A DNA stretch of 63,125 nucleotides, the filler included, from Reticulomyxa filosa (taxonomy: Eukaryota; Protista; Foraminifera), in NCBI GenBank assembly GCA_000512085.1. It is 15 parts of 15 records of this genome, joined end to end, with 100 filler letters (N's around TTAATTAATTAA, not from the genome) between each part and the next. Parts side by side here need not be neighbours in the genome. Positions count along the whole stretch, not along the records: positions 35,906 to 41,162 come from ASPP01007357.1; positions 41,263 to 42,335 come from ASPP01002288.1; positions 42,436 to 48,422 come from ASPP01005639.1; positions 48,523 to 54,011 come from ASPP01012412.1; 11 more parts are not named here. One strand, written 5' to 3'. The notes beneath the pieces were generated by a model, which made no database searches, was not told where the DNA came from, and worked only from the letters and a program-made list of their open reading frames with translations. Each line of letters opens with the position of its first letter. Position 1 is the stretch's first letter. Below, in pieces: positions 37,091-49,179 of the stretch. The position numbers and the translations under genes were made by a program.

Positions 37091-37768
37091 ATGGTGGATC
37101 GTCTGCTTGAGAAAATTGGACATGAATCGGAGCAAAGAGCTGTGTTAGACAGCTTGATCACCTTAGGACATTCAATCTTTAGTCGTCGGGAAACAGTCGA
37201 TCAACATGCAGAATACTTGACGTACAAGTTTGCACAAAACACCAAAAACTGCAGTGTAGAGATTCCATTGGTGGATATTCGTACCACGTTGGAAAGTATT
37301 TTGGAGTTGTGCAAGAGTGGTCAAATGACAACCAAGGCGACCGAAGTGTGTACAAAAATTGAACATACATTGCAAAAATGTTCGGAAAATGAGCAAAAAA
37401 GGGCTGAGTTAGCAAAAAAGTACGAAGCGGAAATGCGCGACTTACAAACGAATTTGGAAGACGATTTCAAAATGAAACAGTCTAGTATTGCTAATGCATT
37501 CTCAGTTCAAATTAAAAGAACAGAAGAAAAGTACAAACAAATGAACGAACGAGTCCCGGAAATGGCGATTGAACAACTCAAAGCATTGGATTCATTCACA
37601 GATGCATCCCTTGCATCGCCTTCCGTTGTCACTGCTACTCCTCCTACTCCTCTTCCACAATCACCAACTGAGACCAGCACTGCCAATGTGATATCAACTA
37701 CAGAAACCACTGGCACAGCTGCCCCTGCTGACGATGAAAAAAAAGATGAGCAACAGCAATCCACTTAA
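37091..37768 (+). CDS. Hypothetical coiled-coil protein with a Thr/Pro-rich tail
   Basis: ~225-codon open frame from the ATG at 37091 with heptad-like E/K/Q content. Confidence 0.7.
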   Translation: MVDRLLEKIGHESEQRAVLDSLITLGHSIFSRRETVDQHAEYLTYKFAQNTKNCSVEIPLVDIRTTLESILELCKSGQMTTKATEVCTKIEHTLQKCSENEQKRAELAKKYEAEMRDLQTNLEDDFKMKQSSIANAFSVQIKRTEEKYKQMNERVPEMAIEQLKALDSFTDASLASPSVVTATPPTPLPQSPTETSTANVISTTETTGTAAPADDEKKDEQQQST

Positions 37769-38236
37769 AAAACTGACCTTTTTTTAAAAAAAGAAATGCT
37801 TTTTTTTTTTGATTACTTTTTTTTCAAGCATGATAAACAGCACTTTCTTTCTATTTGATAAATAAGTCACATTTAAAAAAAAAAAGAGGAGATATTGAAA
37901 CTTAAGTAAAATAAATTATTTATTATAGAGCCCCTTTTCAAAAAAAAAATGGAAAACAAAAATTCAAGAAAACAATCTCAATAATTCACAACATTTAAAA
38001 GAATTTTATTTGTTTAATTTTGCAAATGAAACTGCTTTTTATTGAAAAACCGCCAGCCGGTTCAAACCAACTTTTGCTCTTTTTTTTTTAAAAAAGAGAG
38101 AACAAAGACAGTGCGAAAGGGGAAAGAGGGAGTAAGAAACGTGAAAAAATTCAAAAAAGACCTTGTTGTCAACAACCACAACTTTGGATTTTTCAATTAT
38201 TTCAAAGAATTCTTTGCATCTTTCTTTAGTGTAACA

Positions 38237-38877
38237 ATGATAGGTATTTTAACAACACCACTGAAATTTGTGCTTGGAATAGTAGCAGACTGTGTATTGA
38301 CAGTAGTCGAGAACATGTATTTTTGGTTGCTACCTGTTCTTCGCACAGCTGGGGTAGTAAAAGAGCAGAAACAGGCACTTTATAGAAACTACATGTGTTT
38401 CTGGAGTATTTTGGCTCTATTGTTATTTATTGAGTACACGTCATTCAGTGTGTTGTACTGGATTCCATTTTACCGCCCTTTGCGCTTGGGCTTTGTCATA
38501 TGGATCCAAGTGTGTCAATGTTATTCAAGTGCACGTATAATTGACTCTGTGAAGCCAGTGATTGAAAAGCGTCGCAACTTGATTGATAGCATGTTTAAAA
38601 AGGTTTGTTTCTTTTTCTTTGTTTTTTTCAAAATTATTACCTTATTTTTGTTTGTTTTTTTTTTTTTTAAGGTTAAAAAAAAAAAGAGAGAGTGAATGAT
38701 GGATAGATTGACAATACCGTGTCCATTTGTAGCGGTGCCGTTGTTGACAAACTCAAACGAAAAAGTGGAGAATTGGTCACAAACCACGGACATAAATTGT
38801 TAAGTGCAGTAGTGGAATTGGCCTCTCTCAGTCATCGTAGCCAGTTCTCACTTCTGTCAAATGACAAGCGAAATTGA
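38237..38877 (+). CDS. TB2/DP1/HVA22 (REEP/Yop1) family ER-shaping protein, 2 exons
   Basis: LLPVLRT...YMCFWSILALLLFIE...LYWIPFYRPLRLGFVIWI...A.II..VKP; intron 38603-38706; last exon ends with TGA at 38877. Confidence 0.8.
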
Positions 38878-40683
38878 TCAAATTAATCATAATTTTACTT
38901 TTTTTTTTTTTTTTTTTTTGTATTCACGATGTCAATCGTGTTTAGGAAGGAACAGTAGTAACAATTATTCTAATAAGGTCTTCTTACAGTGCGCAGTATA
39001 GGTTGCGTGTGTGCTTTTTTTTTTTATTACATTTATTCATAAATTTTTTTGTCATAAATCATGCATGGTCACTCTGTGCAGCTACAAACACAATACCTTT
39101 TTTAAAAAATACTCAATTTTGTCATTGTTCCGACGTTTTATTTGCGACTTTTTTATTATGCAAACACTCTTGTGCTACTACACAAACTTTATACTAAATC
39201 ATGTAAATTGTGTTTAAACCTTCTAGTCGCTTTGCTAAGTACTTTAAGCCGTTACAAGTCGTATACTGGTCACTCACACATTATGGTGGATTTATACTAC
39301 CTATTGACATAACTATCGGAAAAAACTACGCTTGTAATATCGTAGCTTTAACATTGCTTATGACAAATTAAATAGACTTGATATTGTTGTTGACAAAACT
39401 TTTTTAAAAAAAGCATGTGTGAAGTAATAAAATTGTTGATAACAAAAAACTGACTCCCTTAAAACAAAAATGACTCTTAACACTTTTTTAATAAAAAAAT
39501 GTAATACAATTTTGAAGATTTGAAGAAATAGCACAGAAATTTTACCGTCACGAGATTGTCAGAAATTTTTGAAAGCTTTCAACTACAAAAAAACCTAAAA
39601 AGTAAAAGAATTACGAAATTTCAACTTTTAAAAAAACCTGATCACACGCACCGAAATAAATTTGAAGAGTGCAAGAGAATTGCAGGACAATAAGAGTGAA
39701 TTAGAAGAATAGCACATTTGAAATTGTAATAACTTTAGGTGATCGCGTAACGGGCCAACAGAAAACGTTGCAGGAAGAGATGAGCAAAATCTCTCGTGAC
39801 TATTTTTATTATTCCAAATTTAATAAACTGGAGCCATTGTTACAAGGAAATGAGCTGATGAACAGTGGGGTTCCACTATTGGTTGGAAAAGGATAAACAA
39901 AGGCATTGACGCACAATATATATAGCAAATATTTGCTATTGGCAATAGGATCTCAAAACATATCTGTGATGATATTCTACAAAAATTTGTCGTGGACATA
40001 GAATGGCCATGGCGAATATTCAAGTATTTTACTGGAAAAATCTTTTTCATTCCTTTCATAAACATTATGAATAAATGCATGAAATTTAAATGATATTACC
40101 ATCTTGCCTATTTCAATGTAACTTTTTGAACTAGATGGATGATAAATGAAACAATGGAATTATCTGGTTGATCAATAGTATTATTATTTGTTGGGATATT
40201 CGTTTGACCTGACAGAATAAGTTAGCTATGCTCATTTATCAACTTTCAGCTGTTGCGAAATGATTAATCCTTTTCATGTAACACATAACATTTCTGTGTT
40301 GAAATTCATAAAATGTATGGACACGTTGAATGTAAAAAGTTGACATAAAATAAGAGAACATTTTCCCATGAAAAATCAACATTTCATCAAAATTCTTTTA
40401 AAAAAATAGCTACAAAATCTATTTTTTAAATATCCTATTGACTGTTCATATTTACTAATTGTGTAAATTTTGTCTTGTGAATTGAAGAGACTCTTGTTTT
40501 GTGAATATCTTCTTTCGCTCTCTTTTTCTACTGGCACAAATGTTGACTATCTTTCTTCAAAAGAAATTTTAAAAGATGCAATTTGAAACGTTTTAATTGT
40601 TTTCCAAAGCTAAAATACACAAAAAGCGAACAAACAATACGAAAGGGATTTGATAAGAGGAAAAAAACTAGGGGGAAAGAGCT

Positions 40684-41092
40684 ATGGCGTTGCCGACCAA
40701 AGCTGAAGCCGTTGGACGAATTGAAGTAATAGAATATCAGCGAAAGTCAGTAGTGTTTTGGCGTGCACCATTTTTGGCAAATGATCCCCCTCCGTTCGAA
40801 ATAATAAAAGGAGGAAGTAAAGAAGCAGGAAAGTCGTGTTGTTTGCAGTTCTGAAAAGCCTGATAAAAAAGCAAGCAAACCAAAACAAAGCAAAGCAGAT
40901 AAAAAAAAATAAAAAAAAATCAACAAAAAAAAAAAAGGAATTTGAGTGAATGTGAATTACCAAAAGAGTGGACATGGGAAGGGAATTGGTTGGTGGAAGT
41001 AGAAGAAGGGAGAACCGACAATGAGGGTTGGCTTTATGGTGTGAAATTTGATTCAAATCGTTTTTGTTGTGATTTCAAGCATTGTCATTTTG
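40684..41092 (+). CDS. DysF (dysferlin/Pex24p)-domain protein, 5' part
   Basis: IEYQRKSVVFWRAPFLANDP, then after an intron CELPKEWTWEGNWLVE..TDNEGWLYG..F, the DysF W-rich signature. Confidence 0.75.
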
Positions 41093-41704
41093 TAAGGTCT
41101 TTCCTTCGTTCCCCTCCGTTTTTTTTTTTTTTTTTTTTTTTTTCTTTCTTTTTTTTTTTTTTNNNNNNNNNNNNNNNNNNNNNNNNNNNNNNNNNNNNNN
41201 NNNNNNTTAATTAATTAANNNNNNNNNNNNNNNNNNNNNNNNNNNNNNNNNNNNNNNNNNNNCTTTCTCGTGACAACAGCAAAATTTCTTTCTTTTTTTT
41301 ACACTTATCTTTTGGAGTTGTTTAGACGTCGAAATTAGTTTTTTTAAAATGATTTAATAATGTTTAAATAAATTGTATTTGCAAAATTACTTCTACACTG
41401 CAAATAAAACTAAGCTTTTTTAATTTGTGATGCATTCTTTCATATCGCATCAGATGCCAGTTAGTTTTATTGCATCGAGATTCGATTTATGACATTAACA
41501 TTTAGTGTATTGTACAATTGGGTGTTTACGTTAATACAGAAGTAGTTTTTTCCAATGCTTAAAAAAAGCAAAGATATGGTAAAAAAAAAAAAAAAGTGTT
41601 ACAGTTTAAATTATTGTTCCACCCACTTATTTTAAAAACAAAATTTAAAAACAAAACAAAAAACAACAAAATAAACAGTGATTTCATTCACATGCTTTCA
41701 TTTT

Positions 41705-42290
41705 TCAAAAGCAGATTCTCCATGTAGAGGCATAACCTTCAAAGTTGTGTTGGTGATGTCATCCTGTATTTAACAATATATATGTATATATAAGTATTAG
41801 AAAGAAGGAAATGCAAACAAACAAAGAGGACAAAACACATCAAATTGTTTCTGAAACCTCTAAAATTGGTTTTGATTCAGGAGTGGAAGCATCAGGAGAG
41901 ATACGACGTCGTTTGGATGGATGTAATTCTCCATTGTTATCGTGATTATTTTCTTCTCTTTTTCGTTTTCCCAGCACAGAAGGTCTTGGCGTCTCACATT
42001 TCTAATTTGGCCAAGACACAACAAAGCAAGATGGGCCATTGATAACATTGAAGTGATAGAAAAAAAAGGAAAAGCGGTGCACAAAAACAAAAGTGAACAA
42101 TCTAAACTTGATTATCAGGGGCCTGCTTGCTAAAATACGAATCAAGGGTAGACTTTGCACATTTGATGACAGGACTTGTTTCATGGCGAACATTGTTTAC
42201 CGTAGCATCGTTTTCATCGCTTTTGCCACAATCAGTTTTTTTGGATTTTTTTTTTGGAGACCTTTTGTCTTGTTTTTTTGTCTCGTCTTT
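41705..42290 (-). CDS. C-terminal exons of a nuclear protein (bipartite NLS, PIP-box-like motif)
   Basis: Three spliced minus-strand exons read ..KSTLDSYFSKQ | KCETPRPSVLGKRKREE..SKRRRISP.. | DDITNT..SAF*. This frame is not in the ORF track. Confidence 0.5.
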
Positions 42291-42295
42291 GTCTT

Positions 42296-42335
<40 letters not shown>

Positions 42336-42435
42336 NNNNNNNNNNNNNNNNNNNNNNNNNNNNNNNNNNNNNNNNNNNNTTAATTAATTAANNNNNNNNN
42401 NNNNNNNNNNNNNNNNNNNNNNNNNNNNNNNNNNN

Positions 42436-42625
42436 AGCCCATGTTCTGGTTGAGTCTGGCGTAGCCCATGTTCTGGTTGAATCTGCCGTAGCCCATGTTC
42501 TGACCGAGTATGCCGTAGCCCATGTTCTGACCGAATATACCGTAGCCGGTGTTTGCATTTAATCCGCCGTAGCCTGCGTTTACATTTAATCCATTGTAGC
42601 CTGTGTTTACATTTAATCCGCCGTT
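42436..42625 (-). repeat. 27-nt coding tandem repeat (9-aa G/N/Q/Y-rich unit) in the XRN C-terminus
   Basis: GLNVNTGYN GLNVNAGYG GLNANTGYG IFGQNMGYG ILGQNMGYG RFNQNMGYA RLNQNMG; runs into the gap. Confidence 0.9.
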
Positions 42626-44236
42626 GTCTGTGTTCTGGTTGAATTCATCATTGTATTTCCTCCCGCGGAATGTCTTATCTGTTAAAGCAGAAAGGTTCAA
42701 CTGAGATAAAGTCGGTTGGAAACCTATCGATTCCCATTTTGCATCGCGAGGTTTTCCGTATTGTTCCGATGTCCACGGTATTTGAATTTCGTACACGCAT
42801 TTCTTTCTTTTTTCTGCTGCTGTCGGTGAGTCTATGATGACATGCCCCCATTTCTCGGCTGCCACTTTGTGGTCCAAATGCTTGTGTGCAAACAATATGT
42901 CACGTTGAAGTGTATCGCGATGCAATTCCCGCGGGGTCAATTTGTATTTGAACTTCTCCAAGGCTTCGCGGATTCGATCGGTATTCACGAGCGGCAGCAG
43001 CAATTGCCTCTGTTTGTTTATCAATATATCTGGATAATACTTTCTCGCAATTGGCGAGCTATTGTGCGCCACCACTAGCGCGTACGACGGCGGCAACGCC
43101 CTGCGCGCGCTGTGACGAGGTAGTAACAGCGCTAATTGCACTAAAGGCGTCATGGGCTGACCTTTCACTTTTGACAGCATCTCATCCGTTAACTTTTTGC
43201 CCATCTCTGAAATGTTCAGCATATCTCCTAACAACGGTGCGTGCATGTAGGGATAGTACCATCTCCAACAGTAAACCCCACTGTAATAATACGAAATGAC
43301 CCATATCAATCCGCGAATATATTCTTCTACAATTCTTTTTTTTTTTTTTTTTTAAATAAAATATATGCTACTATATTATATACTTGTATATATGTGTATG
43401 TATTGCGATCACGACTTGTTGATTCTGTAGGCGCAGTATTGGCAGCGGTATAAAACGGGACACAGGTGTCGCTGTCGAGATTGGCGTGAGCCATTGTTCA
43501 GCTTTTTCTTTTTTGTTTGCAGCTCCGCATTGTTGTTGTTGTTATTGTTGTTATTGTCGTTGTTGTTATTGTTGTTGTTGTTATTGTCGTTGTTGTTATT
43601 GTTATTGTTGTTGTTGTTATTGTCGTTGTCGTGCTCCTTTTGATTAGTTTCATCTGCGTCATTCTGCACGTCCGTGTCGATCATAGCCGAAAACGAGCGT
43701 TTGTTGTTGTTGTTGTTGTTGTTGTTGTCGTTGCCGCCTTCATTTTCTTTTTTTTCAATAGGTTTGATTACAGCGTTCAAATATAAAGAATCGTTAGTTT
43801 TGCGTAGCTCTTGGAAATAAATTTGCAAGCTATCAAAATTGATCTTTTTGCCTTCTATCAAATAATCTGGTAGGATAGGTGCGACACTTTTATATGCTGC
43901 TACTAACCTGTTGTATGAGTTTGTCATTTTGTATATATAAACTAAATAAATAAATACACATTTTACACAATGGTTTTTTTTTTAAAAAAACTTTGGAAAG
44001 GAGCGGTTTAGACGGGGAAGGAAGTCATTTCCAAGGAACAAGGACAAGAAGGCCCAGTCATCGATAACACGTTCTTCATTATAAGTAAAGTGTTTATACT
44101 TGCAGACATCAGGAGACAATTCCTCCAACAAGCATTTTCTCAAATCGTTTATGCTCACCATCACGCGGGACTTGGTATTACGCAGTATAAACACATCAGG
44201 TTCATGTGCCAGTAAGCCTAAAATAATCGGATCTGA

Positions 44237-44277
<41 letters not shown>

Positions 44278-45192
44278 CGTTGTTTTATTTTTTTAATTTA
44301 AAAAAAAAAAAATGCCAAAACGTATACTACATACAGCGGTTAAAATGACATGACTTCCATTCAAACTGTTTGCAGTAATGGGGGCAGGACATTGCTCTTT
44401 TTGCAATCTCATGGCTCGGATGAAGTTCAAAATCTTATGTTCACCCTCTCCGGGGACGTTGGAACTACTCAAGATCACATTGAAACTAGGTTGGAAGGTT
44501 TTCTCGATAAATACCGACAGCGCTTCTGTCAGTTTCTGCATAAACTCGGTGCCTGGCGTCACTACATTTGAGTCCCATTTTGCTGTACTTCTCTGGATTG
44601 TCTTTGTTTTATGTGTGTGTGTGTGTTGTTTTTTTTTTTTTTCTTCTTTCGAGCACCAGTTATTTACAACCTCAAATAATCAATCTTTTTTTTTAAAAAA
44701 AAAGTGGATATTACGTAACATATCTCCGTTTGCGCTGTTGCGCCATTTTTGCGTGAGGAGCGGGCCCATCTTTAAATTTTTTTTTTTCCCCCCCCCCCGA
44801 ATTTACTAAGTTAGAATACTTTTTTATTTGAATTTACACATATGTACATATAAATGTTATGCTAATTTATTTAGATATGACGATTATTGCTTACCAACCG
44901 CAATGAACAATACGTGTTCGGGTTGTACAACATACAATACTTTTTTAATCACTGATTTTATCTTAATTATGATCATTTCATCGGTCGCGTTGCTCTTTTA
45001 TTTTTTTTGTTTATTCATTTTTAACATTTTCACAAGTCTCAATTTTTTCCTTAATATCACCTGCAACGAGCGATAGCACTCGTGAATAATTCCATTCGCG
45101 TCCAAATATAAATAACCACATTTTCCTCTACCTTGATGTATCGTCCGGGTATAATTGCTTTGAATGTAGTTGAAAAGCGACGGTACACCCAT
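42436..45192 (-). CDS. XRN1/XRN2-family 5'-3' exoribonuclease, multi-exon
   Basis: MGVPSLF, LYLDANGIIH, AVDGPAPHAKMAQQRKRR, WDSNVVTPGTEFM, SNVPGEGEHKI, DSDPIILGL, ERVIDD..FLGNDFLP, WVISYY..WRWYYPYMHAP. Compact XRN2-like length; 3' end truncated. Confidence 0.95.
43530..43733 (-). repeat. (AAC/AAT)n poly-Asn coding microsatellites in XRN
   Basis: Long TTG/TTA runs on the + strand encode N-runs in ORF 43409-43927. Confidence 0.9.
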
Positions 45193-45429
45193 TGAATCCT
45201 ATTATGCTAAAGATGTTAAAAAACGTTAAAGGAGTTTTTTTTCTTTTGAACAACAAGCCTTTTTTGTAACAGCAAAACCAGAACTGACTAATTGTCTATT
45301 CATTTTTAAAGTTTCGCTACATTTGGACATTATACACTTGTACTTGTGTTTTCTTTTTTTTTTGACAAAATTGTTGTGAAAAGCAAAAAAGGAGACAAGT
45401 AAAGTTTATGTATGAAAGAGTTTTGTAAA

Positions 45430-46617
45430 ATGGGTGATTATGTCAGTAAAGAAGAGTGTAAAATACCGGAGTTGGTAAGTAATCATTTCTCTCTAAATAC
45501 TTTTGAATGCTGCATAATTTTTTATTGAACATATTGACTTAGAACGAACAAGAAGTCAAAGCAATAGTTAGCCGCTGGGTTCGAGTTTTAAAAATTTCAT
45601 TGGGATGGATTTGTGATTTTGATAAAATTGTTATAAAATATGTTAAGTTTTTTTTTAATTAAAAAACTTTTCTTGTGTTTCACAGCTGGTGAGTTGAAAA
45701 TGTAGGTGAAGCATTTCAAATTGTTGAAAGTTTTACGAGGACATGCAGGTACAATACGAAGTATAAGATTTTCAGCAGATAATCGAAAGGTTGTTTCGGT
45801 AGCAGATGGTGGTCTGTCTTTTTCGACGTCACTTGACAGAACAATTCGAGTATGGGATGTGGCATCAAGCAATCAGATTCAAATGTTTAAAGGGTATTTT
45901 GGTTGTATTTATTCTGCAGAATTTTCCCCAAAGAAAGATATAGTTGCTTCGTGCTCAGAAGATGGAATAATCCGATTATGGGATGTAGATACAGGAGAAG
46001 AATTGAAGAAAATGAAAGGAGATGCTTATTCAGTATTTTGTGTGAATTTTTCTTCAGATGGTAAATATATTGTGTCTGGTTCATCTGCCAAAACAATAAG
46101 ATTATGGGATGTACATTCTGGAAATGAAATTCAAAGACTAGAAGGCCATTCCCAGGGCATATCGAGTGTGAAATTTTCATTTGATGGTCAGATGATTGTT
46201 TCATCATCCTTTGACAAAACAATTGGTTTATGGAATGTAAAAACAGGTGAAAGATTGAAACAGTTCATAGGACATTCTGGCACTGTAAGCAGTGCAAATT
46301 TTTCACCGGATAATCAATATATTGTGTCATGTTCATGGGATAAAACAATTCGAATATGGAGTGTGGAATCTGGAAAGCAGTTACAAATATTGGAGGGACA
46401 TTCAGATATTGTGAATGAAGCAAAATATTTCCCAGACCATCAAACTATTATATCATGCTCAAATGATCATACAATTCGCATATGGGATGTTAAAACAGGA
46501 AGTGAAATTCAAAGGCTGGAAAGACATTCCGGTTTTGTGAGCTGTGTGGATATTTCATCAGATGGTGATACAATCGTATCTTGTTCTTTTGATAAAACAA
46601 TTCGGATATGGAGGTAA
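45430..46617 (+). CDS. Leader + LGWI-box + 7-bladed WD40 protein (3 exons)
   Basis: Exons 45430-45474 (MGDYVSKEECKIPEL), 45543-45641 (99 nt, NEQEVKAIVSRWVRVLKISLGWICDFDKIVIKY) and 45706-46617; phase-0 GT-AG introns. Confidence 0.85.
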
Positions 46618-47197
46618 CAAAACATGGACATTAATAAAAATATAAGATTCAATGACAAAGATAAAAATAAACTTGTTTTAATAACCATTTCATTAGAATT
46701 GCAATAATCTATCTTCATTGCTTTTAGGCATTTCCTATTAAATAGTAAAAAAAAAATTTTAATTTTTTCAAATTGTTGAGAAACAATTGCATTCTTTTAA
46801 GAGTTTTTATACCAAAGTTATTTTGTTTACTTACAGCTAAAAATCTTCTTTTGTTTAAATATGTTCCGATACATTAAATTTTGTATTTAAGCAACGAAAT
46901 ATAAAATCAAGAAGAAAAAAGTTATTTACATAAAAAAAAACACTATGATAACTTTTCCCAATATTAGTGCCAATCAACAGCTTATCCACTTAGCTTCTTC
47001 TGATCAGTGATAAAGATCACAAACCATTTGTAAAGACAACAGATAATATCTAAATACATTGTTTGATCGGCTACTTTTGTCCATTTTTTAAATGGATTGT
47101 GCTCAAAGAAAGTGGAGTTTTTGTCAAACGTGGGGAAAAAAAAAAAGGATAAAATGGATTGACATAAAAATTGAACGTCTGTTTTGACAGTAGACGA

Positions 47198-48378
47198 ATG
47201 GATATTGATAGCCAAGAAGATGACGCTACAATACCACAGTTGGTGAGGTTTGATTCACCAATATCTTTATAATAGCAAGGAATGTATTTGCGTCAAAAAA
47301 AAAAAAACAGTCAGCAAACGGGGCGAAAACAATAATTCAGAATTGGCTTCGAATTTTAAATGTGAAATTAGGATGGATTTACGATTTAGATAAAATTGTC
47401 ATTAAATATGTTACGTTGTTAGTTTTTTTTTTTTTTTTTTTTTTCAAACAGATGAAAATGTTGATTGAATAGAATAACATTGTCATCAACACTCAAACAT
47501 AGGCAAATTATTTTCAGCTGTTAAAAACTCTCGAAGGACATAAGGACACAATAAACAGTGTAAGATTTTCAGCAGACAATAGCAGGATTATTTCGTCATC
47601 AGATGACAAAACAATTCGAATGTGGGACATTGGATCAGGAAAGCAAATACAAACATTTAAAGGGCATTCTTATTGGGTTTATACTGCGAAATTTTCATCA
47701 GATAATCAAAGCATTGTCTCGTGTTCACGAGATGGAACAATTCGACTTTGGAATGTGAAATCCGGAAAAGAGGTAAAGAAATTGGAAGAGTGTCGTGTGG
47801 TAACTGATATAAATCTTTCGTTAGATGGTAGACACATGATATCATCTTCAAGAATAATAAAACTGTGGGAAATGCATTCAGGAATAAAAATTCGGCAAAT
47901 GGAAGGCCATACAGACATGATAAATAGCATTGAATTTTCACCAGATGGTAAAATGATTGTATCATCATCTGATGATAAAACAATTGGTATATGGGATGTA
48001 ACATCAGGTAGCAGATTGAAACAGTTAATTGGACATTCAAGTTTTGTCAAATGTGCAAGATTTTCTCCAGATGGACAATTTGTTGCATCATGCTCCTATG
48101 ATAAAACCATTCGAATATGGAATGTAGAGTCTGGAGAACAATTGAAACAATTGAGAGGACATACAGATACTATAAGTGATGTCAGATATTTTCCAGATGG
48201 ACAAACCATTTTATCATGTGCAAGAGACAAAACTATCCGTTTGTGGGATGTGAAATCAGGAAAGGAAACACAAATATTGGAAGGACATTCTTTTTGGGTT
48301 GCAGGCATAGATATTTCATCAGATGGTAATACAATTGTGTCTGGCTCTTTTGACAATACGATCCGGATATGGCAGTAG
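47198..48378 (+). CDS. Leader + LGWI-box + 7-bladed WD40 protein (3 exons), tandem paralogue
   Basis: Exons 47198-47242 (MDIDSQEDDATIPQL), 47311-47409 (99 nt, SANGAKTIIQNWLRILNVKLGWIYDLDKIVIKY) and 47503-48378; phase-0 GT-AG introns. Confidence 0.85.
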
Positions 48379-48529
48379 CAAAAAAAAAAAAAAAAAAAAA
48401 AAAATTTTTTTTTTTTTTTTTTNNNNNNNNNNNNNNNNNNNNNNNNNNNNNNNNNNNNNNNNNNNNTTAATTAATTAANNNNNNNNNNNNNNNNNNNNNN
48501 NNNNNNNNNNNNNNNNNNNNNNTTTTTTA

Positions 48530-48569
<40 letters not shown>

Positions 48570-48630
48570 CTCAATTTTTACATCCTTTTCCTTCCTTCCC
48601 CCCCCTTTCTCTCCCCCTTTTCTTTCAGAA

Positions 48631-48948
48631 CTTGTGGTTTTTGTCCCGCACAACTTTTTTCAGACCACCGACATTGGATTGATTCAACTGCTGGAATAAT
48701 GCTGTTTTCCCGCTATCTTGCTTTTCTTCTTGTTTTTGTGCAGTGACGGTGGCACTTTGGCTGGCTTGCGCAGACGATGCGCTTGCTTTTGGCTGCTCTG
48801 ACTTGCCTTTATGCGTGTCATAAATCTCACGCGCATCTTTGAATGTTAACGTCAATTTAAGGTCTTTTTGCGCATAGTTCAGCAGTTGCTGCGCATTTTG
48901 AGGCTCTTTTCCGAATTTGGCTAAATAAGATTCCCAACAATCAGACAT
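48631..48948 (-). CDS. Cyclase-associated protein (CAP)-like WH2-motif protein, first exon
   Basis: ALFQQLNQSNVGGLKKVVRDKNHK resembles the CAP WH2 motif (ALFxxLNxG...GLKKV....HK); followed by an intron and the contig end. Confidence 0.55.
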
Positions 48949-49179
48949 TATCTCTTTTTTTGTTATTTTCTTCCCCTTGTTACGGTTCAACTTTTTTTTG
49001 GAGAAAAGATAAGATGATCATTTTTGGAAATGCGGACAAAGCTGTGAAATGTATGCAAAATCAAAAAAAATTTTGAGTATTGCAAAAAAAAAAAAAATAA
49101 ATTACAAATTGATTGGATTTTTTTAAAAAAGATTCTTTTCTTGTTATCTCTTTTCTTGTAGTTTAAAATAATATTGATG

